The notes under the pieces are model-generated. The model had not been told where the DNA came from. It worked only from the letters and a program-made list of their open reading frames with translations, and ran no database searches. DNA of 24,709 nucleotides from assembly GCA_046598045.1 (NCBI GenBank), contig JBKJJJ010000130.1, forward strand, positions 1-24,709, read 5' to 3'. This stretch comes from Candidatus Eiseniibacteriota bacterium. GTDB taxonomy: Bacteria; Eisenbacteria; RBG-16-71-46; DASYSL01. Made by a program: the position numbers and the translations under genes. Below, piece by piece: positions 17,838 through 24,709 of this stretch; the stretch's first letter is position 1, and every line of letters starts with the position of its first letter.

Positions 17838-19223
17838 GTGAAGAAGATGGTCACCGGTCTCGCCCTCATGGCCCTCGTGGTGTCCGCGGGCACTGCGGCC
17901 GCGCGCAATTTCCATTGCGCCGGCGGCATCCAGTACGTGATCCAGGGCACCAAGGAGAGTGACAAGGGCAACATCGAAGACGCCAAGCGCATCTTCGGCA
18001 AGGCGGTGGCCCAGCTCTCGCTCTGCACCAAGGAGGACCCGAACGACAGCGAGTCCTGGTCCTACCTCGGATGGGCGTACTGCGAGCTCGACAGCGCGGG
18101 GCCCGCCGGCGCGGCGTTCGACGAGGCGATCAAGCGCCTCGCGGCCGATCCCAAGTCGCTCGAGCGCGCGAAGCAGAATCGCAAGTCTTACTGGGTGAAG
18201 TACTACAACGCCGGCCTGTCGAAGTACAAGGAGGCCGACGCGATCATCCCGGTGGCCGACATCCTCGAGTCGAAGGACCCGAAGGTGTCCGACGCCCGTG
18301 CGCGTCTCGCCGAGTCGGAGGCGAGCTTCCGCAAGGCGCTCTCACTCTCGCCCAACGAGGCCGAGGCCTACAACAACCTCGCGGTCGTGCTCGCGCTGCA
18401 GGGCAAGTTCGAGGAATCGTCGGAGGTGATCGAGCAGGGTCTCAAGGTCGACCCGAAGAACGAGGGCCTGCTGAAGCGCAAGGAGAGCATGGTCGGCAAC
18501 GAGGTCACGAAGCGCCTCAAGTCGAACGATTACGACGGCGCGCTCACGCTCATCGACCAGATGCTGGCCAAGGGCGGCGACGACTACGGCCTGCTGGTGC
18601 GGGCGGCCCAGACCTCGTACGAGCAGGCGCAGAAGCTCGACGAGAAGAAGGACCCAGCAGCGAAGGCCGGCTACAAGCGCTCGCAGGACTACTATGGCCG
18701 CGCGGCCAAGGTCGCGCCGGATGCCCAGAACAAGCACGACATGAAATTCAACCAGGCGGTCGCGGCGCAGAACGCGGGCGACGAGCTCGCCGGCGCGAAG
18801 CTGGTGTTCGGCCTCGTGCAGGAGAACCCGAAGGACAAGGCCATGCACGGCATGCTGCGCGGCTTCTACGACCGGATCGGCAGCAAGAAGAAGTCGGACG
18901 ACGAGGTCTGGGTGATCCTCGGGCTCAACGACAACGCGACGCCGGTCGCCGACGTGGCGGCCTACACCGCGAAGGTCGTCAAGACCAGCGACGCCGGCAA
19001 GACGCTCGCCGCGCAGGGCGCGCCCGAAGAGGTCAAGCAGTTCAAGACCGGCGATACCCTGATCGACCTCTGGTACTACTGGTCGAAGAAGTTGAGCTTC
19101 GCGTTCTCGGGCGGACGACAGCTGGGGTCGGCGAATTTCGGGGTTTTCGGGCCGGAGGGCGTGGACACGTCGGCGAAGGCGCCGGTGAAGACCACCAAGC
19201 CTGCTGGCGCGACCAAGCCGTAG
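17838..19223 (+). CDS. Secreted tetratricopeptide-repeat protein with a C-terminal small alpha/beta (BamE/SmpA-like) module
   Basis: AAGGAG RBS; signal peptide MKK...TAAA. TPR motifs 'ESWSYLGWAY', 'FRKALSLSPNEAEAYNNLAVVLALQGKFEE...GLKVDP'. C-terminal 'QGAPEEV...LWYYW...FAFSGG'. Confidence 0.82.
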   Translation: MKKMVTGLALMALVVSAGTAAARNFHCAGGIQYVIQGTKESDKGNIEDAKRIFGKAVAQLSLCTKEDPNDSESWSYLGWAYCELDSAGPAGAAFDEAIKRLAADPKSLERAKQNRKSYWVKYYNAGLSKYKEADAIIPVADILESKDPKVSDARARLAESEASFRKALSLSPNEAEAYNNLAVVLALQGKFEESSEVIEQGLKVDPKNEGLLKRKESMVGNEVTKRLKSNDYDGALTLIDQMLAKGGDDYGLLVRAAQTSYEQAQKLDEKKDPAAKAGYKRSQDYYGRAAKVAPDAQNKHDMKFNQAVAAQNAGDELAGAKLVFGLVQENPKDKAMHGMLRGFYDRIGSKKKSDDEVWVILGLNDNATPVADVAAYTAKVVKTSDAGKTLAAQGAPEEVKQFKTGDTLIDLWYYWSKKLSFAFSGGRQLGSANFGVFGPEGVDTSAKAPVKTTKPAGATKP

Positions 19224-19247
19224 CGCGATCCCGGCCGGGGTCGTCCC

Positions 19248-19287
19248 ATGGCGTCGGGAGGGGATTTCGGCCCCCACCCGGCGCCGT
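19248..19287 (+). terminator. Stem-loop downstream of the TPR gene (possible terminator)
   Basis: GGCGTCGGG...CCCGGCGCC imperfect inverted repeat with no clear U-tract. Confidence 0.35.
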
Positions 19288-19336
19288 GTCGCATTCGGCC
19301 CCCGGACAATCCCCTAAGGCCTTGCGCAAAAACTGA

Positions 19337-19364
19337 TTGACAGATTTCCGAGAAACTCTAGGCT
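19337..19364 (+). promoter_or_regulatory. Sigma70-type promoter of the HU/IHF gene
   Basis: TTGACA-N16-TAGGCT in an AT-rich patch. Confidence 0.7.
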
Positions 19365-19428
19365 GCCCTGTGCTCCCAGGAAGGGGGTTTCCTGGCACGG
19401 AACGGGACGGTTGCGCGGAGGTTCTCCC

Positions 19429-19707
19429 ATGACCAAGGCCGACATCGTCGACCAGATCGCCGAACGAACAGGGCTGACGAAGAAAGACGTTGCGGACACG
19501 GTGGATGGCTTCCTCGAGGCGGTCAGCCGGGCGCTTGCGAACGGCCACCACATCGAGATCCGTGGCTTCGGGACGTTCAAGGTGAAGGATCGCAAGTCCC
19601 GCCTGGCGCGCAACCCGCGTACCGGCGAGGCGGTGCCGGTTCCGCCGCGCAAGGTTCCGGTGTTCAAGGTCAGCAAGGAACTCAAGGACATGGTGGCGCA
19701 GGGCTGA
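19429..19707 (+). CDS. HU/IHF family nucleoid-associated DNA-binding protein
   Basis: GGAGG RBS; MTKADIVDQIAERTGLTKKD...IEIRGFGTFKVK...ARNPRTGEAV...PVFKVSKELK. The EIRGFG motif is IhfB-like. Confidence 0.96.
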   Translation: MTKADIVDQIAERTGLTKKDVADTVDGFLEAVSRALANGHHIEIRGFGTFKVKDRKSRLARNPRTGEAVPVPPRKVPVFKVSKELKDMVAQG

Positions 19708-19755
19708 GCCTGCGCGCGCAACCACAACTGCCCCTTCTCGATCCGTGCCCGTGAC

Positions 19756-19799
19756 CGCGGGGACGGGGCCTGCCAGGCTCCGTCCCCGCGCCGTTTTGT
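19756..19799 (+). terminator. Rho-independent terminator after the HU/IHF gene
   Basis: CGCGGGGACGGGGCCT / AGGCTCCGTCCCCGCG 16-bp stem (one G-U pair) followed by CCGTTTTGT. Confidence 0.75.
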
Positions 19800-19824
19800 C
19801 CGAAGCCGGGTGCAGAATTCGCGG

Positions 19825-19852
19825 TTGCATCCCTGCGCGCGGGGAGTAGGCT
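19825..19852 (+). promoter_or_regulatory. Putative sigma70-type promoter
   Basis: TTGCAT-N16-TAGGCT, with the same -10 hexamer as the two upstream promoters. Confidence 0.5.
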
Positions 19853-19894
19853 CGTCTCACCTGTCGGCCGGGCACACCCAGAAAGAGGTGCCCG

Positions 19895-20596
19895 ATGATC
19901 CGCACACCCGCCATGCTGCTCCTGTTGCTCCCGCTCCTCCCGCTGAGCCCCGCGTCGATCGCGTCCGCGGCCTGTCAAGATTCGTGGATGATCTGCTCCG
20001 GCTATGTGTCGCACGCTCTCGCTACGAGCGACGCCACCGGCCAACTCGATTGTTCGCTCAACAATCTCCACTCCACCATGTCGTTCGACGTGCCCGCGGG
20101 CCGGGCGAACGCCGACGCCATGAGCGTGGCCGGCTTCTACAACGTGTGCCAACTGATCGACGATTACACGGTGACGGGCGTCCCGGAGGGGACGGCCCTC
20201 TCGGTCACGGCGGTGGCCGATCTCGACCTCCTGTACGTGCGGGTCGCCGGCATGAGCCCGACCTTCGTGTTCGGCAGCCTCTGGGTCTCCCCGGTGGTCG
20301 GCGCCCCCAACCCCAATATCGATGAGTTCTACTTCGCCGGCGCGGCCCCCGGCGAGGAGACGCAGACCCACCAGCTTCGGCTCGCGTTGCCCGTGCTGGC
20401 GGGCACTCCGTTCCCGCTCTCGCTCTCGGTCGGCGTCTCCGCGTCAGGGCGCCAGGGGGGCTACTCGCACGCCCGGCTGTCGTTCGAAGGCCTCCCGCCC
20501 GGGGCGCGGATCGCCTCGTGCAAGGGCTACCACCAGGACCAGCCCGTCCCGGCGCTCGCCCGCAGCTGGGGCGCGGTCAAGGCGACTTATCGGTAG
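19895..20596 (+). CDS. Secreted hypothetical beta-rich protein with C-terminal SWGAVKATYR motif
   Basis: AAAGAGGTG RBS; signal peptide MIRTPAMLLLLLPLLPLSPASIASA; several Cys residues; alternating beta-strand pattern; terminal motif shared with 737..1453. Confidence 0.8.
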   Translation: MIRTPAMLLLLLPLLPLSPASIASAACQDSWMICSGYVSHALATSDATGQLDCSLNNLHSTMSFDVPAGRANADAMSVAGFYNVCQLIDDYTVTGVPEGTALSVTAVADLDLLYVRVAGMSPTFVFGSLWVSPVVGAPNPNIDEFYFAGAAPGEETQTHQLRLALPVLAGTPFPLSLSVGVSASGRQGGYSHARLSFEGLPPGARIASCKGYHQDQPVPALARSWGAVKATYR

Positions 20597-20639
20597 GATC
20601 CCTCCGGATGCGATGCGCCCGGGCCCGCCATGAGCACGG

Positions 20640-20668
20640 TGGACTCCTCGCGGCGGCACGCCTACTCT
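20640..20668 (+). promoter_or_regulatory. Putative sigma70-type promoter of ltaE
   Basis: TGGACT-N17-TACTCT. Confidence 0.5.
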
Positions 20669-20737
20669 GGGGCATTCCATTTGCTTCCGCGGCCGCGCCC
20701 CGGCCGAGCGATGTGCCGCCTTCCGGAGATCCCGACG

Positions 20738-21793
20738 ATGTCCGCGCCGCCGATCGACCTCAGGTCCGACACCGTCACCCGGCCCACGCCCGGGATGCGC
20801 CGCGCCATCGCCGATGCCGTGGTCGGCGACGACGTGTACGACGACGATCCCACGCTGCACGCGTTGCAGGACCGGGTCGCGCGCCTCCTGGGCAAGGAGG
20901 CCGCGCTGTTCGTGGTCTCGGGCACGATGGGCAACCAGCTTGCGGTGCGCGCACAGGTGGCGCACGGCGACGAAGTGCTGCTCGAGCGCGACAGCCACAT
21001 CTTCAACTACGAGGTCGGGGGCGCCGCGGCGATCTCGGGCGCGCAACTCCATGCGCTCGCCGGGAGGCGCGGCGCGCTCGAACCCGCGCAGGTCGTGGCC
21101 GCGGTGCGTGGGCCCGACATCCACAACGCGACGACGCGCCTGCTCTGCCTCGAGAACACGCACAATCGCGCGGGCGGCGCGGTGATCCCGATCGACCAGC
21201 TGACGGCGACCGCGAACGCCGCGACCGAGCGCGGCATGCGCGTCCACCTCGACGGCGCCCGGCTGTGGCACGCGGCGGCCGCGACCGGCGTGCCGCTGGC
21301 GCAGTGGGCGGCGCCGTTCGACACCGTGATGCTGTGCTTCTCGAAGGGTCTCGGCGCACCGGTGGGATCGATTCTCGTGGGCGACACGGAGACCATTGCC
21401 CGGGCCCGGGGCTACCGCAAGATGCTCGGCGGCGGCATCCGCCAGGGCGGGCTGCTGGCCGCTGCGTGCCTGTACGCGCTCGATCACCACATGGATCGGC
21501 TCGGGGAGGACCACCGCCGAGCGCGCCGCCTCGCCGAGCTGGCGCAGGCGGTGCCCGGCCTCGACGCCGATCCGGCCCGGGTCGACACCAACATCGTGAT
21601 GATCGACATCACCGATCCCACGTTGACCGGTGAGGCGGCCGCGGCGCGCATGAAGGAGCAGGGGCTGTGGATTTCCGCCTATGGACCGAAGCGCGTGCGC
21701 GCAGTCACGCACCTGGACGTGGACGACGCGGCCATCGAGCGCGCGGGGAGCCTGCTGCGGGGGCTCGGCGCCCCGGCTCGGGAGGCCGTCTGA
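20738..21793 (+). CDS. ltaE: Low-specificity L-threonine aldolase (PLP-dependent)
   Basis: '[12 protein letters not shown]', 'VGDDVY', 'SGTMGNQ', 'LENTHN', 'HLDGAR', and the PLP lysine in '[12 protein letters not shown]'. ATG at 20738 follows GGAGA. Confidence 0.95.
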   Translation: MSAPPIDLRSDTVTRPTPGMRRAIADAVVGDDVYDDDPTLHALQDRVARLLGKEAALFVVSGTMGNQLAVRAQVAHGDEVLLERDSHIFNYEVGGAAAISGAQLHALAGRRGALEPAQVVAAVRGPDIHNATTRLLCLENTHNRAGGAVIPIDQLTATANAATERGMRVHLDGARLWHAAAATGVPLAQWAAPFDTVMLCFSKGLGAPVGSILVGDTETIARARGYRKMLGGGIRQGGLLAAACLYALDHHMDRLGEDHRRARRLAELAQAVPGLDADPARVDTNIVMIDITDPTLTGEAAAARMKEQGLWISAYGPKRVRAVTHLDVDDAAIERAGSLLRGLGAPAREAV

Positions 21794-21876
21794 GCCCTCC
21801 ACGCGACCCCGGAAAGGCAGGATAACTGCCGATGCAAAAGCCACTTGAGTCGATCCATGGCCACCCGCCAAGCGCC

Positions 21877-21905
21877 TTGAGAGGGCGCGGGGGGTGTGGT
21901 AATTT
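21877..21905 (+). promoter_or_regulatory. Sigma70-type promoter of the nadE-like/rsmI/PIP synthase/ino1 operon
   Basis: TTGAGA-N17-TAATTT with an extended TG; the ATG follows 9 nt later. Confidence 0.65.
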
Positions 21906-21914
21906 GGCCGAGCG

Positions 21915-22709
21915 ATGGACATGACGGCGTCGGATCCCACGGCCGCGTGGGAGCGTTGGCGCGCGCGGACGCCGGAGTTGCACCAGAGGCTCGTCGAGCG
22001 GTTGCGCCGCGCGATCGAGGAGCGGGGCCACACCCGGGTGGTGCTCGGGCTGTCGGGCGGTCTCGATTCGACGGTGGCCGCCTACCTGTTCGTCGAGGCG
22101 CTGGGCGCCGCGAACGTCTTCGGCGTCATGCTGCCGTATCGCACCTCCGATCCCCTGAGCCTCTCTTCGGCGCAAGGGATCGTGAACGTCCTCGGGATCA
22201 CCTCGCGCCGCGTCAATATCAGCCCGATGGTGGATGCCTACTTCGCGAACTTCCCGGACGCGAGCCGGGAGCGCCGGGCGACCCGGCTGGCCTGGGAGCG
22301 ACTCGCGATCCTGCACGACTTCGGCGCGCACTACGGCGGGCAGGTCCTGCAGATCGTCAATCGCAGCGATCTCGCGCTCGACTTCGGCCCGGATCCCCGG
22401 TTGCCGGGCCACGCGTACCGGCCGTTCGAGGGGCTGTACAAGTCGCAGATCCGCCTGCTCGGCAAGGAGCTCGACGTGCCCCCGCCGGTGCTCGAGCGCC
22501 GGCCTTCGCTCGATTCGTACCCGGGACAGGCCGACGAGGCCGAGCTGGGCGCGGGGTACGAATCACTCGACGCCGCGCTGACGTGGCTGGTCGACGCCAA
22601 GGGCACGCCCGCGGCGGCCGTGGCCAAGGGGTTGCCGGCGGACCTGCTCGAGCGCGTGCAGGCCCGGCTCGAGCGCGCCGGCTCGGCGGGCGCGGTCGGG
22701 ATCGACTGA
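21915..22709 (+). CDS. NadE-like (NH3-dependent NAD synthetase fold) protein with divergent substrate motifs
   Basis: PP-loop 'VVLGLSGGLDS', 'LYKSQI' and 'PS...PGQADEAELG..Y' are present, but the GNxxARxR, GTxNxxE and GYxTxYGD motifs are replaced. Confidence 0.8.
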   Translation: MDMTASDPTAAWERWRARTPELHQRLVERLRRAIEERGHTRVVLGLSGGLDSTVAAYLFVEALGAANVFGVMLPYRTSDPLSLSSAQGIVNVLGITSRRVNISPMVDAYFANFPDASRERRATRLAWERLAILHDFGAHYGGQVLQIVNRSDLALDFGPDPRLPGHAYRPFEGLYKSQIRLLGKELDVPPPVLERRPSLDSYPGQADEAELGAGYESLDAALTWLVDAKGTPAAAVAKGLPADLLERVQARLERAGSAGAVGID

Positions 22710-22720
22710 TCCCGCGGGCC

Positions 22721-23572
22721 GTGGCACTCGAGGCGGGGGCGCTCTACCTGGTGGCGACCCCGATCGGCAACCTCGGGGACGTGACCCAGCGTGCGCTCGA
22801 GGTGCTGAAGGGCGTGGACTGGGTCGCGGCCGAGGACACCCGGCACACGCGCCGCCTGCTGTCGCACTTCGGCATCGCCGCGAAGCTCTTCTCCGCCCAC
22901 GCTCACAACGAGCGCGCGCGGGCCGAGGAAATCGTCCGCCGGCTGGCCTCGGGTACCAGCGGCGCGCTGGTGGTGGACGCGGGCAGCCCCGGCGTGTCGG
23001 ACCCGGGGGCGCTCGTGGTGCAGGCGGTGATCGCGGCCGGCCATCCGGTGCGCGTCGTGCCCGGCCCGAGCGCGGTGATCGCCGCGCTCTCGGTGAGCGG
23101 GCTCGACACGGGCGTGTTCACGTTCGCCGGGTTCCTGCCGGCTCGGCCAGGCGCACGCGATGCGCGGCTGGCCGCACTGCTCGCGCGGCCCGAGACGCTC
23201 GTCCTGTACGAGGCGCCGCATCGCGCGCGCGCCACGCTCGGGGCGATCGCGAGGCTGGCGCCCGCGCGCCGCGTGGCGGCGTGCCGCGAGCTGACCAAGG
23301 TCCATGAGGAGGTGCGGCGCGGCACGGCCGAAGGCGTCCTCCTTGGCCTCGGCGAGGCGCAGGAGCGCGGCGAGTGGGCGCTCGTGATCGATGGCGCGCC
23401 CGCGGCACCCGCGGCCACGAAGGCCTTGGCGCCGGGCGAGGACGAGGCGCGCCGGAGCTTCATCGCGGCCCTGGTCGCGACCGGTGTCGAAGCCGCGGAA
23501 GCGGCGCAGCGCGCGGAGTTCGTGCTCGGGCCGGCGCGCGGTGGCAGGAAGTCGGGGCGGAGGCCCAGGTGA
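22721..23572 (+). CDS. rsmI: 16S rRNA (cytidine1402-2'-O)-methyltransferase
   Basis: 'LYLVATPIGNLGDVTQRA', 'AAEDTRHT', 'DAGSPGVSDPG', 'PGPSA', 'YEAPHR', 'RELTKVHEE'. The true start lies within ORF 21896..23572. Confidence 0.96.
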   Translation: MALEAGALYLVATPIGNLGDVTQRALEVLKGVDWVAAEDTRHTRRLLSHFGIAAKLFSAHAHNERARAEEIVRRLASGTSGALVVDAGSPGVSDPGALVVQAVIAAGHPVRVVPGPSAVIAALSVSGLDTGVFTFAGFLPARPGARDARLAALLARPETLVLYEAPHRARATLGAIARLAPARRVAACRELTKVHEEVRRGTAEGVLLGLGEAQERGEWALVIDGAPAAPAATKALAPGEDEARRSFIAALVATGVEAAEAAQRAEFVLGPARGGRKSGRRPR

Positions 23573-24309
23573 GCGCAGCGCAGACGGAGACGGGCGCTTC
23601 GGCGATCGCGCAGGCCAAGGACGGCGCCCGCAGGCTCGTGCGGTCCGCGCTCGGCCCGGTGGTCGGCCTGCTCGACCGGCTCGGGGTCAAGCCGGACCAG
23701 GTGACGTGGGTCGGGCTCCTGGTGACGATTGCAGGCGGCGTGCTCATGGGCGCCGGGCACTTTCGGGTGGGCGCGCTGGTGGCGATCGCCGGCAGCCTGA
23801 TGGACAGCCTGGACGGGGCACTGGCCCGGGCCCAGAACGGGGTGACGCGCTGGGGCGCGTTCCTCGACTCGACGACGGATCGCATCGCCGATGCCGCGCT
23901 GTTCCTGGGCGTGGCGGCGTATTACGCGCGCGTGCCGCTGATCATGATGGCGAGCGACGACGTGACGATCGTCCTCCAGCTCGGGCCGCCCGGGCTGAGG
24001 GAGCAGTACCTGATGCAGGCGCTCGAGAGCTGGCTCAATGCCGGCGCCGCGGTGGTGGCATTGGCGGGCGCGTTTCTTGTTTCCTACAGCCGGGCCCGCA
24101 TGGAAGGGCTCGGCACGGATTGCCGGGTCGGTTGGTTCGAGCGCCCGGAGCGCCTCTGCGTGCTCCTCGGCGCCGCCCTTTTCGGCGCCGGATCGCCGGT
24201 CATGCCGTGGGCGCTGGTCGTCCTGGCCGTGTTGTCGTTCTTCACCGCGTTCCAGCGCGTCGCGTACGCGCGCTCGCGGCTACAGGGCTCCGCCATCGGC
24301 GGCGCCTAG
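23569..24309 (+). CDS. CDP-alcohol phosphatidyltransferase, phosphatidylinositol-phosphate synthase-like
   Basis: Signature DSLDGALAR...GAFLDSTTD, plus 'LVSYSRARMEGLG...VGWFERPER' typical of PIP/AIP synthases. GTG overlaps the rsmI stop; adjacent to ino1. Confidence 0.88.
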   Translation: MSAAQTETGASAIAQAKDGARRLVRSALGPVVGLLDRLGVKPDQVTWVGLLVTIAGGVLMGAGHFRVGALVAIAGSLMDSLDGALARAQNGVTRWGAFLDSTTDRIADAALFLGVAAYYARVPLIMMASDDVTIVLQLGPPGLREQYLMQALESWLNAGAAVVALAGAFLVSYSRARMEGLGTDCRVGWFERPERLCVLLGAALFGAGSPVMPWALVVLAVLSFFTAFQRVAYARSRLQGSAIGGA

Positions 24310-24333
24310 GGGTCCCAAGGGAGGCTGTTCGAG

Positions 24334-24709
24334 ATGGCTAAGGTTCGGGTCGCGATCATCGGCGTGGGCAACTGCGCCTCGTCCTTCGTCCAGGGCGTGC
24401 ACTTCTACCGGAATGCCAAGGACGACGACCGGGTGCCGGGTCTCATGCACGTGAACCTCGGCGGCTATCACATCAAGGACATCGAGTTCTCGGCCGCGAT
24501 CGACATCGACAAGAACAAGGTCGGCAAGGATCTCGCCGAGGCCATCTACGTCAAGCCGAACAACACCTACAAGTTCGCGTCGGTGCCGAAGACCGGCCTC
24601 AAGGTGCAGCGCGGCATGACGCACGACGGGTTGGGCAAATACCTGTCGAAGATCATCACCAAGGCCCCGGGTTCGACGGTCGACATCGTCAAGCTGCTCA
24701 AGGACACCA
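24334..24709 (+). CDS. ino1: Myo-inositol-1-phosphate (inositol-3-phosphate) synthase (partial, runs off window end)
   Basis: Not in the ORF track. After a GGGAGG RBS, manual translation gives MAKVRVAIIGVGNCASSFVQGVHFYRNA...VPGLMHVNLGGYHIKDIEFSAAIDIDKNKVGKDLAEAI...PNNT...DGLGKY, matching actinobacterial/archaeal-type Ino1. Confidence 0.95.
   Translation, partial: MAKVRVAIIGVGNCASSFVQGVHFYRNAKDDDRVPGLMHVNLGGYHIKDIEFSAAIDIDKNKVGKDLAEAIYVKPNNTYKFASVPKTGLKVQRGMTHDGLGKYLSKIITKAPGSTVDIVKLLKDT

Noticed and set aside
19393..19414. TGGCACGG upstream of the HU/IHF gene as a second sigma54 promoter
   Set aside because: TTGC is 12 nt after TGGCAC instead of 5, and a good sigma70 promoter is present just upstream.
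21810..21872. GGCAG-GATAA-CTGCC hairpin and GATGCAAAAGCCAC, loosely resembling a c-di-GMP-I riboswitch
   Set aside because: It lacks the GAAA-tetraloop P2 stem and receptor-containing P3, and it lies upstream of the predicted promoter.
21915..22709. Calling the NadE-like gene a pseudogene
   Set aside because: Full-length uninterrupted frame, normal codon bias, strong promoter and retained ATP-binding motifs.
6228..23568. Long N-terminal extensions in the ORF track for tsaD, REC-GGDEF, kinase 2, ltaE, rsmI and the CDP-alcohol transferase
   Set aside because: The extensions overlap upstream genes or promoters and are low-complexity. Downstream starts fit family N-termini, RBS sites or stop-start coupling. 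The apparent 558-aa 'fusion' at 21896 is simply rsmI with an open upstream frame.
1..24709. CRISPR arrays, tRNA/rRNA genes, IS elements, prophage or defence systems
   Set aside because: No spaced direct repeats, cloverleaf/T-loop signatures, transposase, integrase or phage genes were seen. Intergenic gaps are short and explained by promoters and terminators.

Overview
A very high-GC bacterial chromosomal window with no mobile elements, CRISPR arrays or RNA genes that I can support. The C-terminal 'WGxVKAxYR' tails and an FlgD/T9SS-like C-terminal domain suggest Candidatus Eisenbacteria or a related FCB-associated lineage (inference only). Housekeeping and envelope genes: metH (5' part), an NfeD/SPFH pair, an AmpG-family MFS, tsaD, priA, a second MFS, a secreted TPR protein, an HU/IHF protein, ltaE, a NadE-like protein, rsmI, a phosphatidylinositol-phosphate-synthase-like CDP-alcohol transferase and ino1 (5' part). 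The most unusual elements are four. (1) A four-gene signalling operon behind a near-perfect sigma54 promoter: REC-GGDEF, two tandem soluble histidine kinases that both have the architecture GAF-HisKA-HATPase-GAF-degenerate HD-GYP, and a single-domain receiver. (2) Two unrelated secreted proteins 19 kb apart that end in the same motif [T/S]WGxVKAxYR-stop, a candidate uncharacterised C-terminal sorting signal. (3) A NadE homologue that keeps its ATP-binding loop but has replaced its NaAD-binding motifs, and heads an operon with inositol-lipid genes. (4) A structured ~160-nt leader upstream of the TPR gene.
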